This document shows positions 1-9,300 of a stretch of DNA of 64,000 bases, piece after piece. The notes beneath the pieces were generated by a model. The model worked only from the letters and a program-made list of their open reading frames with translations. It made no database searches and had not been told where the DNA came from. The stretch's first letter is position 1, and the number at the start of each line of letters is the position of its first letter. The position numbers and the translations under genes were made by a program. The DNA lies in assembly GCA_963737655.1 (NCBI GenBank), contig CAVTTN010000002.1, positions 5,568,001 through 5,632,000 of the forward strand. The letters run 5' to 3'. This stretch comes from an uncultured Planctomycetota bacterium (GTDB lineage: Bacteria > Planctomycetota > Planctomycetia > Isosphaerales > Isosphaeraceae).

Positions 1-1087
1 CCACGCGGCGGCAGCCGGCTTGACCGAGGCCGTCTGCGGCCACCCTCACGCCCTGCAATTGACCGTCGAATTCGGCGAGTTGGGAGACCGGGCGCTGGCC
101 TCGGCCGGGCCCGACTCGGCGGAGGTGGTCTTCAACGACTACGCCGACGCGACCCTCCGCCGCCAGGCCGTGGCGAGCCTGGCCGAGCACGGGCCGATGG
201 CCCTGGCCATGCTCGATAAGTACGCCGCCGACGCGGACTTCCGCGACGTCCTCCGCCGCTTCGGCCCGGCCGTGATCCCCCCCATCGCCCGGTCCGATTC
301 CGGCCCGGAGGCCCTCGCCGCCCTCAAGGCCAAGCCGGCCAAGGGGTTCACCGAGGTCCTCGCCGAAGGCGTCCTCTCGGTCTCCGGCGAGAGCGGCCAG
401 GCCACCATCCGCCAGATCCAGAAAGACGGGCTGGATCGGGTCGCCGAGCTCAATTCCGACGAGGTGGGCTTCGCGCAATTCCTGCCTTTATATGACCTTG
501 TGCATCTCGGAGGTGTCGTGACCCGGGGCCATTCCCCCACGTCGGGCGAGATGGCCTGGGCGCTGGTGGATGGATGCTTCGTCGTCCTGGACGTGCTGAG
601 CCTCTCCGCTCTCCAGCCCGAAGCGGCGGCGGCCGTCGAGGCCACGCGATCGGAAGTCAAGGCTGCGACCCGAGAAGGGGCGAAGATCGCCGGTCGCGAG
701 GCGCTGGAAGACGCCTCGGCCCTCGCCGCCAAGGCCACCGCCCGCCAGGGGGCCGAAGCGGCCGGAGAGAGGCTGGCGAAGTGGTGGGCCGTCCGCGCCG
801 TGGGGGGGACGTACCGGGTCCTCCGCAAGATGCCCGAAGCCCTCGCCGAGCTGACCCTCCCCCGGATCACCGCCATGGCCCGGACCTTCTGCGCCAAGGC
901 CGGGCTCCGGCTCAGCGAGTTCGGCCCCAGGCGGTTCCTGGTCGGAGGGGTCGAGAAGCTCGTCTCGATCCCGCCGACGAAGGGCCTGAAATACCTGGGA
1001 GTCCAGGCAGTCCAGGCGACCGTCGGCGTGGTAGCCTTCCACAAGATGGAAGAACACCTGGCGAGCCGCCGCCCCCCCTCGCCCTGA
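1..1087 (+). CDS. Hypothetical helical membrane-associated protein, 5'-truncated by the window edge
   Basis: Frame is open from base 2 through TGA at 1085-1087 with strong GC3 codon bias. Hydrophobic segment MAWALVDGCFVVLDVLSLSAL and an Ala/Arg/Glu-rich helical region. Confidence 0.75.
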   Translation, partial: HAAAAGLTEAVCGHPHALQLTVEFGELGDRALASAGPDSAEVVFNDYADATLRRQAVASLAEHGPMALAMLDKYAADADFRDVLRRFGPAVIPPIARSDSGPEALAALKAKPAKGFTEVLAEGVLSVSGESGQATIRQIQKDGLDRVAELNSDEVGFAQFLPLYDLVHLGGVVTRGHSPTSGEMAWALVDGCFVVLDVLSLSALQPEAAAAVEATRSEVKAATREGAKIAGREALEDASALAAKATARQGAEAAGERLAKWWAVRAVGGTYRVLRKMPEALAELTLPRITAMARTFCAKAGLRLSEFGPRRFLVGGVEKLVSIPPTKGLKYLGVQAVQATVGVVAFHKMEEHLASRRPPSP

Positions 1088-1237
1088 GCCTCTGCCGCCT
1101 CGAACCCGCCCCCCTGCCCCAAGATCCGTCGCCCCCGGGCGAATCCCTTGATGGCCCCTCCCGATTGGTCCGAACCCCGGGGCGGCCGAAAGCGAATCAA
1201 TGCGATGAAGACCGCCGAACCCCGAGAGGCCCGACCG

Positions 1238-2194
1238 ATGCGAGTGCGAGACCGGACCGCCCGCCGAGTGCCCCGGGGGATCGTCCTGGGCGTCCTGGCG
1301 ACCCTCTTGATGGCCGGCTCGGCCCGGGCGGGCAAGGTGGCGTGGCTGGACGACGTGGTCCGCCAGGCCGTCCGCGAGGCCGAATCCGGCGGCAAGGCCG
1401 CGGCGAGGGCCGAGGGCCGCTCGGCCTCCCGCCTCTTCGCCCGGGAAGCCGAGGAGGGCCTGGAAGGGCTCGCCCGCCGCTCCGATGACCTCGCCCGAGC
1501 GGCCCGGAAGGTCGAGGAGCCGGCCGAGGTCGCCCTCAAGTCCCGCTTCGCCCGCCTGACCCGGTACGAGCCGGACATGGCCCGGACCTTCGCCTCGCTC
1601 GCCCCGACCGAGAAGCGCCTGGTGGTCGAGATGGGCGAGGTCGCGCAAACCCTCGCCCGCCGCTACCCCGGCCAGGCCGAGGGGATGATCCGCAAGCTCG
1701 GGATCGAGGGGATGTCGGCCGTCCGCGCCTACGGAGACGACGTGGCCGAGGTCCTCGTGAAGGAAGGCCCCGAGGGCGTGGGCGTCCTCCGCAAGACCGG
1801 CCGCAACGGCTGGAAGTTCTACACCGAGCAGGTCTTGAAGCACAAGAAGGCGCTGGCCGCCGCCGGGGTCCTCGGCGTGTTCCTGGCCAACCCCGAGAAG
1901 TTCGTGGACACCGCCGGCCGGGTCACGGCCTACGCCGCCGAGCAGTTCGCCAAGGCGGGCGTGACGCTCGTCGGCTACGCGGGAGAAGGCGCCTCCCGGG
2001 GCCTCGAATCGGCCATCGGCGGAACTCTCGCCAAATACGGGCTGGATTCGGCCCTGGCGAGGAAGATCGGCATGGGCCTGGCGGCCTTCGCCGCCCTGAT
2101 GGCCGCGATGGTCCTCCTCGGCCTGCCCGTCCGCCTCCTGTTCCGGCCATTCCTGTGGCCGATCCGGGCGATCCGGAGGATGAGGGCGGCGTGA
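1238..2194 (+). CDS. Hypothetical exported/membrane protein
   Basis: Signal-like N-terminus (GIVLGVLATLLMAGSARA), C-terminal TM helix (IGMGLAAFAALMAAMVLLGLPV) and host-like codon usage. Start chosen at ATG 1238; the ORF is open from 1148. Confidence 0.75.
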   Translation: MRVRDRTARRVPRGIVLGVLATLLMAGSARAGKVAWLDDVVRQAVREAESGGKAAARAEGRSASRLFAREAEEGLEGLARRSDDLARAARKVEEPAEVALKSRFARLTRYEPDMARTFASLAPTEKRLVVEMGEVAQTLARRYPGQAEGMIRKLGIEGMSAVRAYGDDVAEVLVKEGPEGVGVLRKTGRNGWKFYTEQVLKHKKALAAAGVLGVFLANPEKFVDTAGRVTAYAAEQFAKAGVTLVGYAGEGASRGLESAIGGTLAKYGLDSALARKIGMGLAAFAALMAAMVLLGLPVRLLFRPFLWPIRAIRRMRAA

Positions 2195-2275
2195 CGATTG
2201 TAGCGCCAGGCGCCATGATCACGACAGCCCCCATTCTCTTGAGAAAAGAATTCTCTGCGTTCTGCGAGAACTCAA

Positions 2276-2605
2276 GTGATTCGATCAGGTCGCCATTTTG
2301 GGATTTTGGGACTCCTCCTCATTCTGTTTGCCGGTCCAGGTTTGAGGGCAAGTGGGCCTCCAAGGCGCCTACCTCTGGTCCAGGCTCGCATCATTACAAA
2401 GGATGAGGCGATCTCGATCGCCAAGGATTATCTGGTCAAGAAAGGTCGATTGCCGAAAACCTATACGAATATTGAGGCACGATGGAGTGAAGAACGCATG
2501 ATTTGGATCGTAATTTTCTCAAGGGTCCCTATCGGTCCGGGACGCTATAAAACCGTCTATGTTGATGCCGAGGGGGAGCCAAGAATGGGCCCCAGGGCCA
2601 GGTGA
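2276..2605 (+). CDS. Small exported protein, PepSY/NTF2-fold immunity-like
   Basis: Signal peptide followed by ITKDEAISIAKDYL...WIVIF...VYVDAEGE. Lower GC than the flanks. Confidence 0.55.
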   Translation: MIRSGRHFGILGLLLILFAGPGLRASGPPRRLPLVQARIITKDEAISIAKDYLVKKGRLPKTYTNIEARWSEERMIWIVIFSRVPIGPGRYKTVYVDAEGEPRMGPRAR

Positions 2606-2811
2606 TCCGGGCACGGCAGAAAAGGTCCCATCTCATCGGAAAAACGATGGGACAGGGAGTTCTGTAGGAAAACACCCCGTGAGCATCTGACGAAGGACCG
2701 TTTCGACGCGGTGCGGTATCGGACGCGGGCTGAGGTGGGGAAGGAGATTCAAAGACGTTTCTGACGTTCGGGACGTAGTTGATGGGGAGGCGCAGACCGG
2801 AGGTCGCCTGA

Positions 2812-3288
2812 ATGCGAGCGTTCGACCTGATCGCCCTGGATCGAGAGGATCTCCCCTTCCTCATGCTCGAGGCCAAGGGGAGGGCCATCCCGGCCGATGC
2901 CGAGGGGCCGATCCTCCAGCAGATGTGGGACGACCGGGAGGGTATCCCCTACGGGACGAGGATCCGGTATGGCGTCCTCGCCGATCCGGATACGATCCGT
3001 CTTTATGAATTCCGGGACGGCCGCCCGACCCCCCTTTGCTCCTGGTCGACCCCGAAGATCCTCGGCCATTACGCCCCGGAATTTCCGCAATACCTCCAGG
3101 AGCGGTTCGGGGTCCACGGCGACTACATCGCCGGCCTGATCGGCTCGTGGCTCCGCGACCTCGCGTACAAGTGGAAGGGTCCGACCCCGCCGGGGATCGA
3201 GGACTGGCGGGCCGCGGGGATCCTGTCGAAGATCGAGGGGGGGAACACGTTGAGCGAGGTGCCCATTGGCTTCGACGCTCTACGTTGA
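2812..3288 (+). CDS. Putative PD-(D/E)xK-fold (HsdR N-terminal-like) protein
   Basis: GGAGG RBS upstream; FDLIALD...LMLEAK resembles the D..ExK nuclease motif; overlaps the downstream PIN gene. Confidence 0.5.
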   Translation: MRAFDLIALDREDLPFLMLEAKGRAIPADAEGPILQQMWDDREGIPYGTRIRYGVLADPDTIRLYEFRDGRPTPLCSWSTPKILGHYAPEFPQYLQERFGVHGDYIAGLIGSWLRDLAYKWKGPTPPGIEDWRAAGILSKIEGGNTLSEVPIGFDALR

Positions 3289-3908
3289 GACGAACTTCCC
3301 GATCGCGATCGCCAAGGGTCAGGATCGGGATGCCTCCGAGTTCCTCTTCCATGATCCCGTCCCGGTCCGCCTGGCGATCCCCTCCGTCTGCTTCATGGAG
3401 GCCCTGGTCGTTCGAAGGACCGAATTGAGGCAACGGAATGAATGGGTTCGAGAGCTCGACCTGGAATTGCGCCAGATCCAACGCGACACGACCTCGCCCC
3501 ATGCCCGGCGCCTGAATACGCTCCTGGACGAAACGATCCTGGAAATGTTGGGCCTCCGTCAGGAATTCACGAACCGCCTCGAGAGGACATTCGACCGGCT
3601 AGGCGCCGTCTCTCGATTGATCCCGATGAACGCGGACGTCCTGGGTCGCGCCCTCCAGCTGCCGTACTCCTGGAGAGATCCTGATGATCTCACCGACCAC
3701 CTGATCCTCCATTCGATCCTCTGGGACTCCGAAAGGGCGGAACCGGGCCCGAAAGCGTTCGTGAGCGGGAATACCCGGGATTTCGGGACCGCCAACCCGG
3801 AGGTCCAACGGGCGCTGACCTCGGCCGGCATTCGTTACTTCTCTCGCGTCGGGGACGCCCTGGGCTGGCTGTTCAGCGCCCCGATCCGGAAACTTTGCCT
3901 CTCGGTGA
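3266..3908 (+). CDS. PIN-domain protein (3' end uncertain)
   Basis: LYVETNF, FMEA, D..IL.S and FVSGNTRDF PIN motifs. The track ORF runs on into the next gene; the real end is probably near 3890-3908 after an indel. Confidence 0.65.
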
Positions 3909-3986
3909 GGGTCCGAGGCCCACGGATGCCGGCCCGGATGTCTAGAATTCCCGCGGATACCCCGCGGATGGCTTGGGGCGCAGCAC

Positions 3987-6308
3987 ATGCCCAGGAATCG
4001 CAAGGCCCATCTCGACGCCCTCGAACGCCGGATCACCGGGGCGAAGCGGATCGCGCTGTTCGGCCATCGCGCCGTGGGCAAGACGACCTTGCTGGCCGTC
4101 TTCTATCGCGAGGCGTCCTCCGGCCGGGTCCCGGGCGTCCGCCTGGCCGCCGTCGGGCCGTCGACGGCCGAGTATCTTGCCGCCAAGATCGCCCAGATCG
4201 AGTCCGGCGAGCCTCCGGCCGGCACCCTGGCCGAGACCGAGCTGAACCTCCGGCTCTATCACGGCACCGACCGGCTCGACCTGATCGTCAAGGATTACCA
4301 GGGCGAGCACGTCGGGCTCGGCTCCGAGGCGCCGATCCGCGAGTTCTTCGCCGATTGCGACGCCGTCCTCCTCTGCCTCGACCCCGAAGCCACCGACGCC
4401 CCCGCCGACCGCCGCCGCCGTCAGCAGGAAGTCGAGGACCTGCTGGAGCGCTACATCGAGCGCTCGGAGGACGGCACCCTCGGCCGGCCGATCGCCCTCC
4501 TCGTCACCAAGTATGATCGCGTGCTCGATCGAGGCGGTCCCGGGCCCGAGAAGGTGGACGCATACGTCGATTCCCGGTACGGGATGACTCGCCACGCCCT
4601 CGCCGGCCATGCCCCGCACTCGGCCATCTTCGCCGTGAGCGCCTACGGCCGAGGCGCCGGAGGCGACGGCCGCCCTCCGGCCGAGCTCCACCCGATGGGC
4701 CTGGAAGGCCCCCTGGGATGGCTCGCCGACGAGCTGGAGGCCGCCGATCGCGAGGCGATCGACTGGCTCTGGGACCTCGCCCCCGACGACCTGCCCCGGC
4801 TCTCCCGATGCGTGAAGGCGTTCGAGCGCCGCTATCCCCGGTCCGACTCCGCCATCACCTTCCGCCGCAAGCTCTCGGCCATGAAGGGGACGCGGGGACG
4901 GCGGACGCTCCTGAAGCTCACGGCGCTCGCCGGACTGGCCTTCGGGGCCGTCGCCGGCTACGACGTCCTCGGCTTCCGCCAGGCCGTGGTCTTCGAGAAA
5001 GACGGCAACCCCGCGGCGGCCGTCGAGCGGAAGTGGTCCGAGTTCCTCCGGTGGCACCCGTCGCATCCGTATCTCTTTCCTCATGAAGCCCGGTTGGCGC
5101 GCTCGCATCGCGAGGAATGGGCCCTGAAGGCCGAGGGGGACCGCCTGGCCGCCGGGTTGGAGCGCCCGGACCTCGCCCGGGAGATCCGCGAGAAGAAGGT
5201 GGAGTCGCCCGAGCTCGCCCCGACGATCGCGAAGGTCGAGGACGCGCTGGCGAAGCAGGAGCACGACCGCGCCTGGGGCGACCTCCGCGTGGCCGACCCC
5301 GTCGCCATCGACGACCCCGACGCCCACCTCGCCCGCGCCCAGGCGTTCCTCCGCAAGTACCCCGACACCACCCACAAGGACGAGGCCGTCCGCCTGATCC
5401 GCACCCTGCAGACCAAGATCGACGCCCGCCGGGACCAGGACGACCGCCAGGCGATCGACGCGCTGGCGCGGGCCTCGGAGGTCCCCGGCACCCCACTTCG
5501 CGACCTGATCGACCGCGCCGAGGCGTTCCTGGCCGACCGCCCCGGCAGCCGCTATCGCGAGGAGGTCCGCGAGCGGCTGGCCGACTACGTCCACCGCCTC
5601 GACCTGGCCGACATCGGCAAGGCCCGCGACTTCTCCCGGGAACAGCCGACGAACTTCGCCGTCCGAAGGCAGAGATATCTCGACTACTTGAAGGACCACG
5701 CCACCGGGGGCCGCTTCATCTCCGAGGCCCACGAGGCGCTCGACCGGATCGACCGCGAGCGGGACATCTACAGCTACCGGCTCGCCTACGACCACTTCAT
5801 CGCCCACCCGGAGGACGTCCCGGCCGTCGCGGCGAAGCTCCGCTCCTACCTCGACGCCAACCCCGACGGCCGGTTCGCGAAGGACGCGAAAACCTTCGTC
5901 GGATGGTGGGACAAGGCCCACGTCACCGGCGAATATCACGTGGTGTTGAGGCGAGGCGAGGTCGAGCCCGACGTCGGCAAGTACTTCTCCGGAGGCGCCC
6001 CCGACCTGAGCGTCGAGCTGTGGGTCGCCGGGGTGAAGTACGGCCCCTCGCCGATCGCGAAGGATACGCACAAGCCGGTCTGGGATTATGAATTTTCTCG
6101 CCCAATCAAGTGGAAATATGGCGAGCCGATCAGCATCCGCATCCTCGACAACGACTGGTCCGCCTCGGGCGTGTTCACCTTCAACACCGCCCCGGGCGAC
6201 AAGCTCGCCATGAAGATGCTCTCCGGGACGCTCCGCCCGAGCAAGGGGGGCAAGACGATGCTCCTCTTCTCCTCCGACTTCGCCGTGCCCTCGCTGACGA
6301 AGCCATGA
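3987..6308 (+). CDS. Membrane-anchored TRAFAC-class GTPase-domain protein with helical repeats and C-terminal C2-like domain
   Basis: G1 GHRAVGKT, G3 DYQG, G4 TKYD, G5 SAY; TM LTALAGLAFGAVAGY; repeated 'FL..YPD/HP.S.' helical units; C-terminal PDLSVEL...DTHKPVW...F...ISIRILDND. Confidence 0.8.
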   Translation: MPRNRKAHLDALERRITGAKRIALFGHRAVGKTTLLAVFYREASSGRVPGVRLAAVGPSTAEYLAAKIAQIESGEPPAGTLAETELNLRLYHGTDRLDLIVKDYQGEHVGLGSEAPIREFFADCDAVLLCLDPEATDAPADRRRRQQEVEDLLERYIERSEDGTLGRPIALLVTKYDRVLDRGGPGPEKVDAYVDSRYGMTRHALAGHAPHSAIFAVSAYGRGAGGDGRPPAELHPMGLEGPLGWLADELEAADREAIDWLWDLAPDDLPRLSRCVKAFERRYPRSDSAITFRRKLSAMKGTRGRRTLLKLTALAGLAFGAVAGYDVLGFRQAVVFEKDGNPAAAVERKWSEFLRWHPSHPYLFPHEARLARSHREEWALKAEGDRLAAGLERPDLAREIREKKVESPELAPTIAKVEDALAKQEHDRAWGDLRVADPVAIDDPDAHLARAQAFLRKYPDTTHKDEAVRLIRTLQTKIDARRDQDDRQAIDALARASEVPGTPLRDLIDRAEAFLADRPGSRYREEVRERLADYVHRLDLADIGKARDFSREQPTNFAVRRQRYLDYLKDHATGGRFISEAHEALDRIDRERDIYSYRLAYDHFIAHPEDVPAVAAKLRSYLDANPDGRFAKDAKTFVGWWDKAHVTGEYHVVLRRGEVEPDVGKYFSGGAPDLSVELWVAGVKYGPSPIAKDTHKPVWDYEFSRPIKWKYGEPISIRILDNDWSASGVFTFNTAPGDKLAMKMLSGTLRPSKGGKTMLLFSSDFAVPSLTKP

Positions 6309-6358
6309 AACGTCGGGGGCTCCGGATGCCCCAGCATGGGGGGTGCATTTCGTCCGCC

Positions 6359-9300
6359 CTACATGGCCTTCGCCGCATTGAGCACGGTATCCTCGCCCCG
6401 TTCGAGGTCCCGCGCCGGGCCGGATCGGCACGTCCGGCTCCAGCCCCCGGCGTTCGATCGGCCGATCGAGGAACCCGTTGTACGCCTTCACCGGGACGAC
6501 CACCTTGTACAGGCCATCGGTCAACGTGTAGACCTCCTTGCGCGAGGACGCGCCGGCCGAGGTGCTGCCGAAGAACTTTGCCCGCTTCTTCGCGACGAAC
6601 CACGACGCCCAGCCCTCGCCCGCGCTGACCGTCCTCTCGTCGATCAGGATCGCGATCGGCCCGAGGAAGTGTGGTCGGGCCGGGTCGCGGTCGTCGGGGT
6701 CGAAGTTGCGGAACGCGGTCGAGGTGTCGAACCCGCCCCCGCTGTTCCCCCGGAGGTCCAGGACCAGTTTCTTGACGTCGCCGAGGCCCTTCAGCGCCGC
6801 GTCCAGGTCGGCCTCCAGGCCGTTCGCGATCCGTCGCACATAAATATAACCGATATCGTCGTTCAAACGCTTCCACGAGACGTTCGCCGAGTCGTTGATC
6901 CCCTCGATCGGGACCGGCAGCCTCGGGAGATAGCGGCGGCGGAGGTCGCAGGCCAGCTCGAACGTCCTTTGCGAGCCGTCGGGCCTCTCGGCCAGGATCG
7001 TCCGCTTCGCCCCTCGCTCGTCGGCCCGTAGGAACCCGCGGACGGCGTCGTAGTTGAGCATTCGATCGCTCGAATAGCCGTAGAAGGTCTTCAGGGTTTT
7101 TGAATACCGCGCGATCATGTCCTCGGATGCCATTCCATCGACGGAGACGATGGTCATCCCGGGTTTCAGGCCCTTTTTCTCGGCTTCGGACCCCTTCGCC
7201 ACGTCGTAGACGACGGGCTTGCCGCGATCGTCGACCAGGCACGCGAGGCCGGGTTCCCACTCGGGGAGTTTCGGCATCGGGACATGGGCGGAGCCGTCCT
7301 GGACGACGGCGTGGGTGTCTTCCAGCCTCGCCACCATCTCCAGGACGAGCCGGCCGAACGCCTCCTCGGTGGTCGCCTCGCTCGCCCTCGGCAGGAGCTC
7401 CTGGCCCACGGCCTCCCAGTCGATCTGCTTCAGGGCGAACATCGGATAGACGCGGCCGAGGTGCTCGTGGAGGTCGCGGAGGGCCCTGGCGAACTCGTCG
7501 CGACGGTCCTTGCCGAGAGGTCGGCCGACCAGGAAGACGTCGTAGCGACGGGCGGCCTTCGCCCTCGCCGGGTCGTCCCCTCGGATCGCGTCTTCCAGGA
7601 TCCTGGCCACGATTTCGCGGTGCTCGGCCAGCCCCTCGCCGATCGCGGTGGTGACCTCATGCGTCCTCTCCGTCGGGTTCTCCAGCAGGAAATCGACGAG
7701 GAGGCGCACGTCCTCCTCCGTCTTCCCCTCCCGCCCGGCCAGAGACGACTCGATCGCCGCCAGGCGGACCTCGAACGCCGGGTCCTTCGCGAGTTTCTTC
7801 TCCAGATCGACGGCCTCGCGAGAATCCCAGTGACCCCCGACGACTTCCGCCACGCCCTTCCTCACCTTCGAGTCGGCGTCCCCGGCGCAGAGGACGAACG
7901 CGGGCAGGAACGAATCATCCAGGATCAGGTTGATTTGATTTTTTTCGATCTCTTCAAGCGTTGCGAGTCTCGCGGCCGAGTCGCCTCGTGAGAGGGCCTC
8001 GCGGATCGTCGGGAGCCTCGCGCCGAACCGTGCCGAGACCCGTTTCGTCGCGAGTCCTCCGGCCCAATTCCAGGCATTGAGGCGGCCCTCGACCATCGCC
8101 GAGACCGCCTCGGCCTTCTCGCGGACCTTCGCCTCGGGCGAGTCGAGATACGGCCGCATCCGGGCCAGAAAATCGGCCTTTTGTGCGCGAGAGGCCCAGG
8201 CGATCCGGTCCAGGTCGTTCGGGTCTTCCAGCCTCATGGCGAGGTCCGCGAACGTTCGGAGGACGTTCGGCGGGATCGGGCGGAGGAGGCTCAGCCCGAA
8301 GTAAATCCCGGCGTGGCGGGTGTCGTCGAACGCGGGGTCATCGCCGAGGAAGTCGGTCGCCTGATAGAGGATCTCCATCGCCCGCGGGTCCGGCTTCGGC
8401 CCCCTCTGGACGAACCGACCTCCCACCCACCGGAGGACCTCGAACCGCGACGACTCGGCCCGCCTCAGCCCGTCGCGGACCGCCTTCAACACCTCTTCAT
8501 CCGTGCGGGCGTCGCGGTCCTTCGCCTTCCAGAGCGCATCCAGACGCCGGCCGCCCTCGGGGTCGTCGGGGAAGAAGGCGTCGAAGTCGGGCGGGTCGTA
8601 GGCGTCCTCGCGATCCCAGGAAAATTGGCCGTTCTCGGCTTTCCCGCGCGCGGGGACCGGGGCAGGACGACCCGATCGGGGTCGGGCAAGGGGCGGAGGG
8701 CGAGGTCGGGATAGATCGCGCGGGCCTCGTCGGCCCGAGGGCCGCCGGCGGCGATCGTCTCCCTCAAGATCCTCGCCGCCGTCCGCCAGTCGGCCCTCAG
8801 CCCGCCCTCGACCATCGCCCGGAGATCCGGGTCGCGGTCGGCCTCCGCCATCTCCAGGAGGCGGCGGATCACCCGCTCCGGCTTCCCCTTCAGGGGCGCC
8901 AGGCCGTACCGGACGACCGATCGTCGAACAGGGAGTTCCTCATTAAAGGACATCCGCATCACCAGATCGATGGCGGCCTCCGGCGACGGGGACTCGTTCC
9001 AGAGGAACCGCAGGCCGACGACCTCCGCCACCGCCTTGCGGACCTCGGGATCTCGGTCGGTCGCGGCGAGGGCGAACGCCGGGATCGACGAGTCCTCCAT
9101 GATCCAGAAGATCCGCTCCTTGCGGATCAATCGGAGCGTTTCGAGCCTGTCGGCCGGGCTCCCCGACCGCAACGTCGCCTCGATCGCCGGGAGGCGGTCG
9201 CCGAAGCGGGCCTTCGCCCTCGCCCGGTCGCGACGGACGGCCAGGACCGCCGGCTCTTCCTCCTGGTTCACGATCTTGCGGAGCAGGGCGGCCTCGTCGC

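Noticed and set aside
3942..6358. C-terminal ~800 aa of the 1516-aa ORF 3942..8492
   Set aside because: Read-through after an indel near 6420 into the antisense of the GTPase gene; the S41 protein most plausibly ends at TAG 6359-6361.
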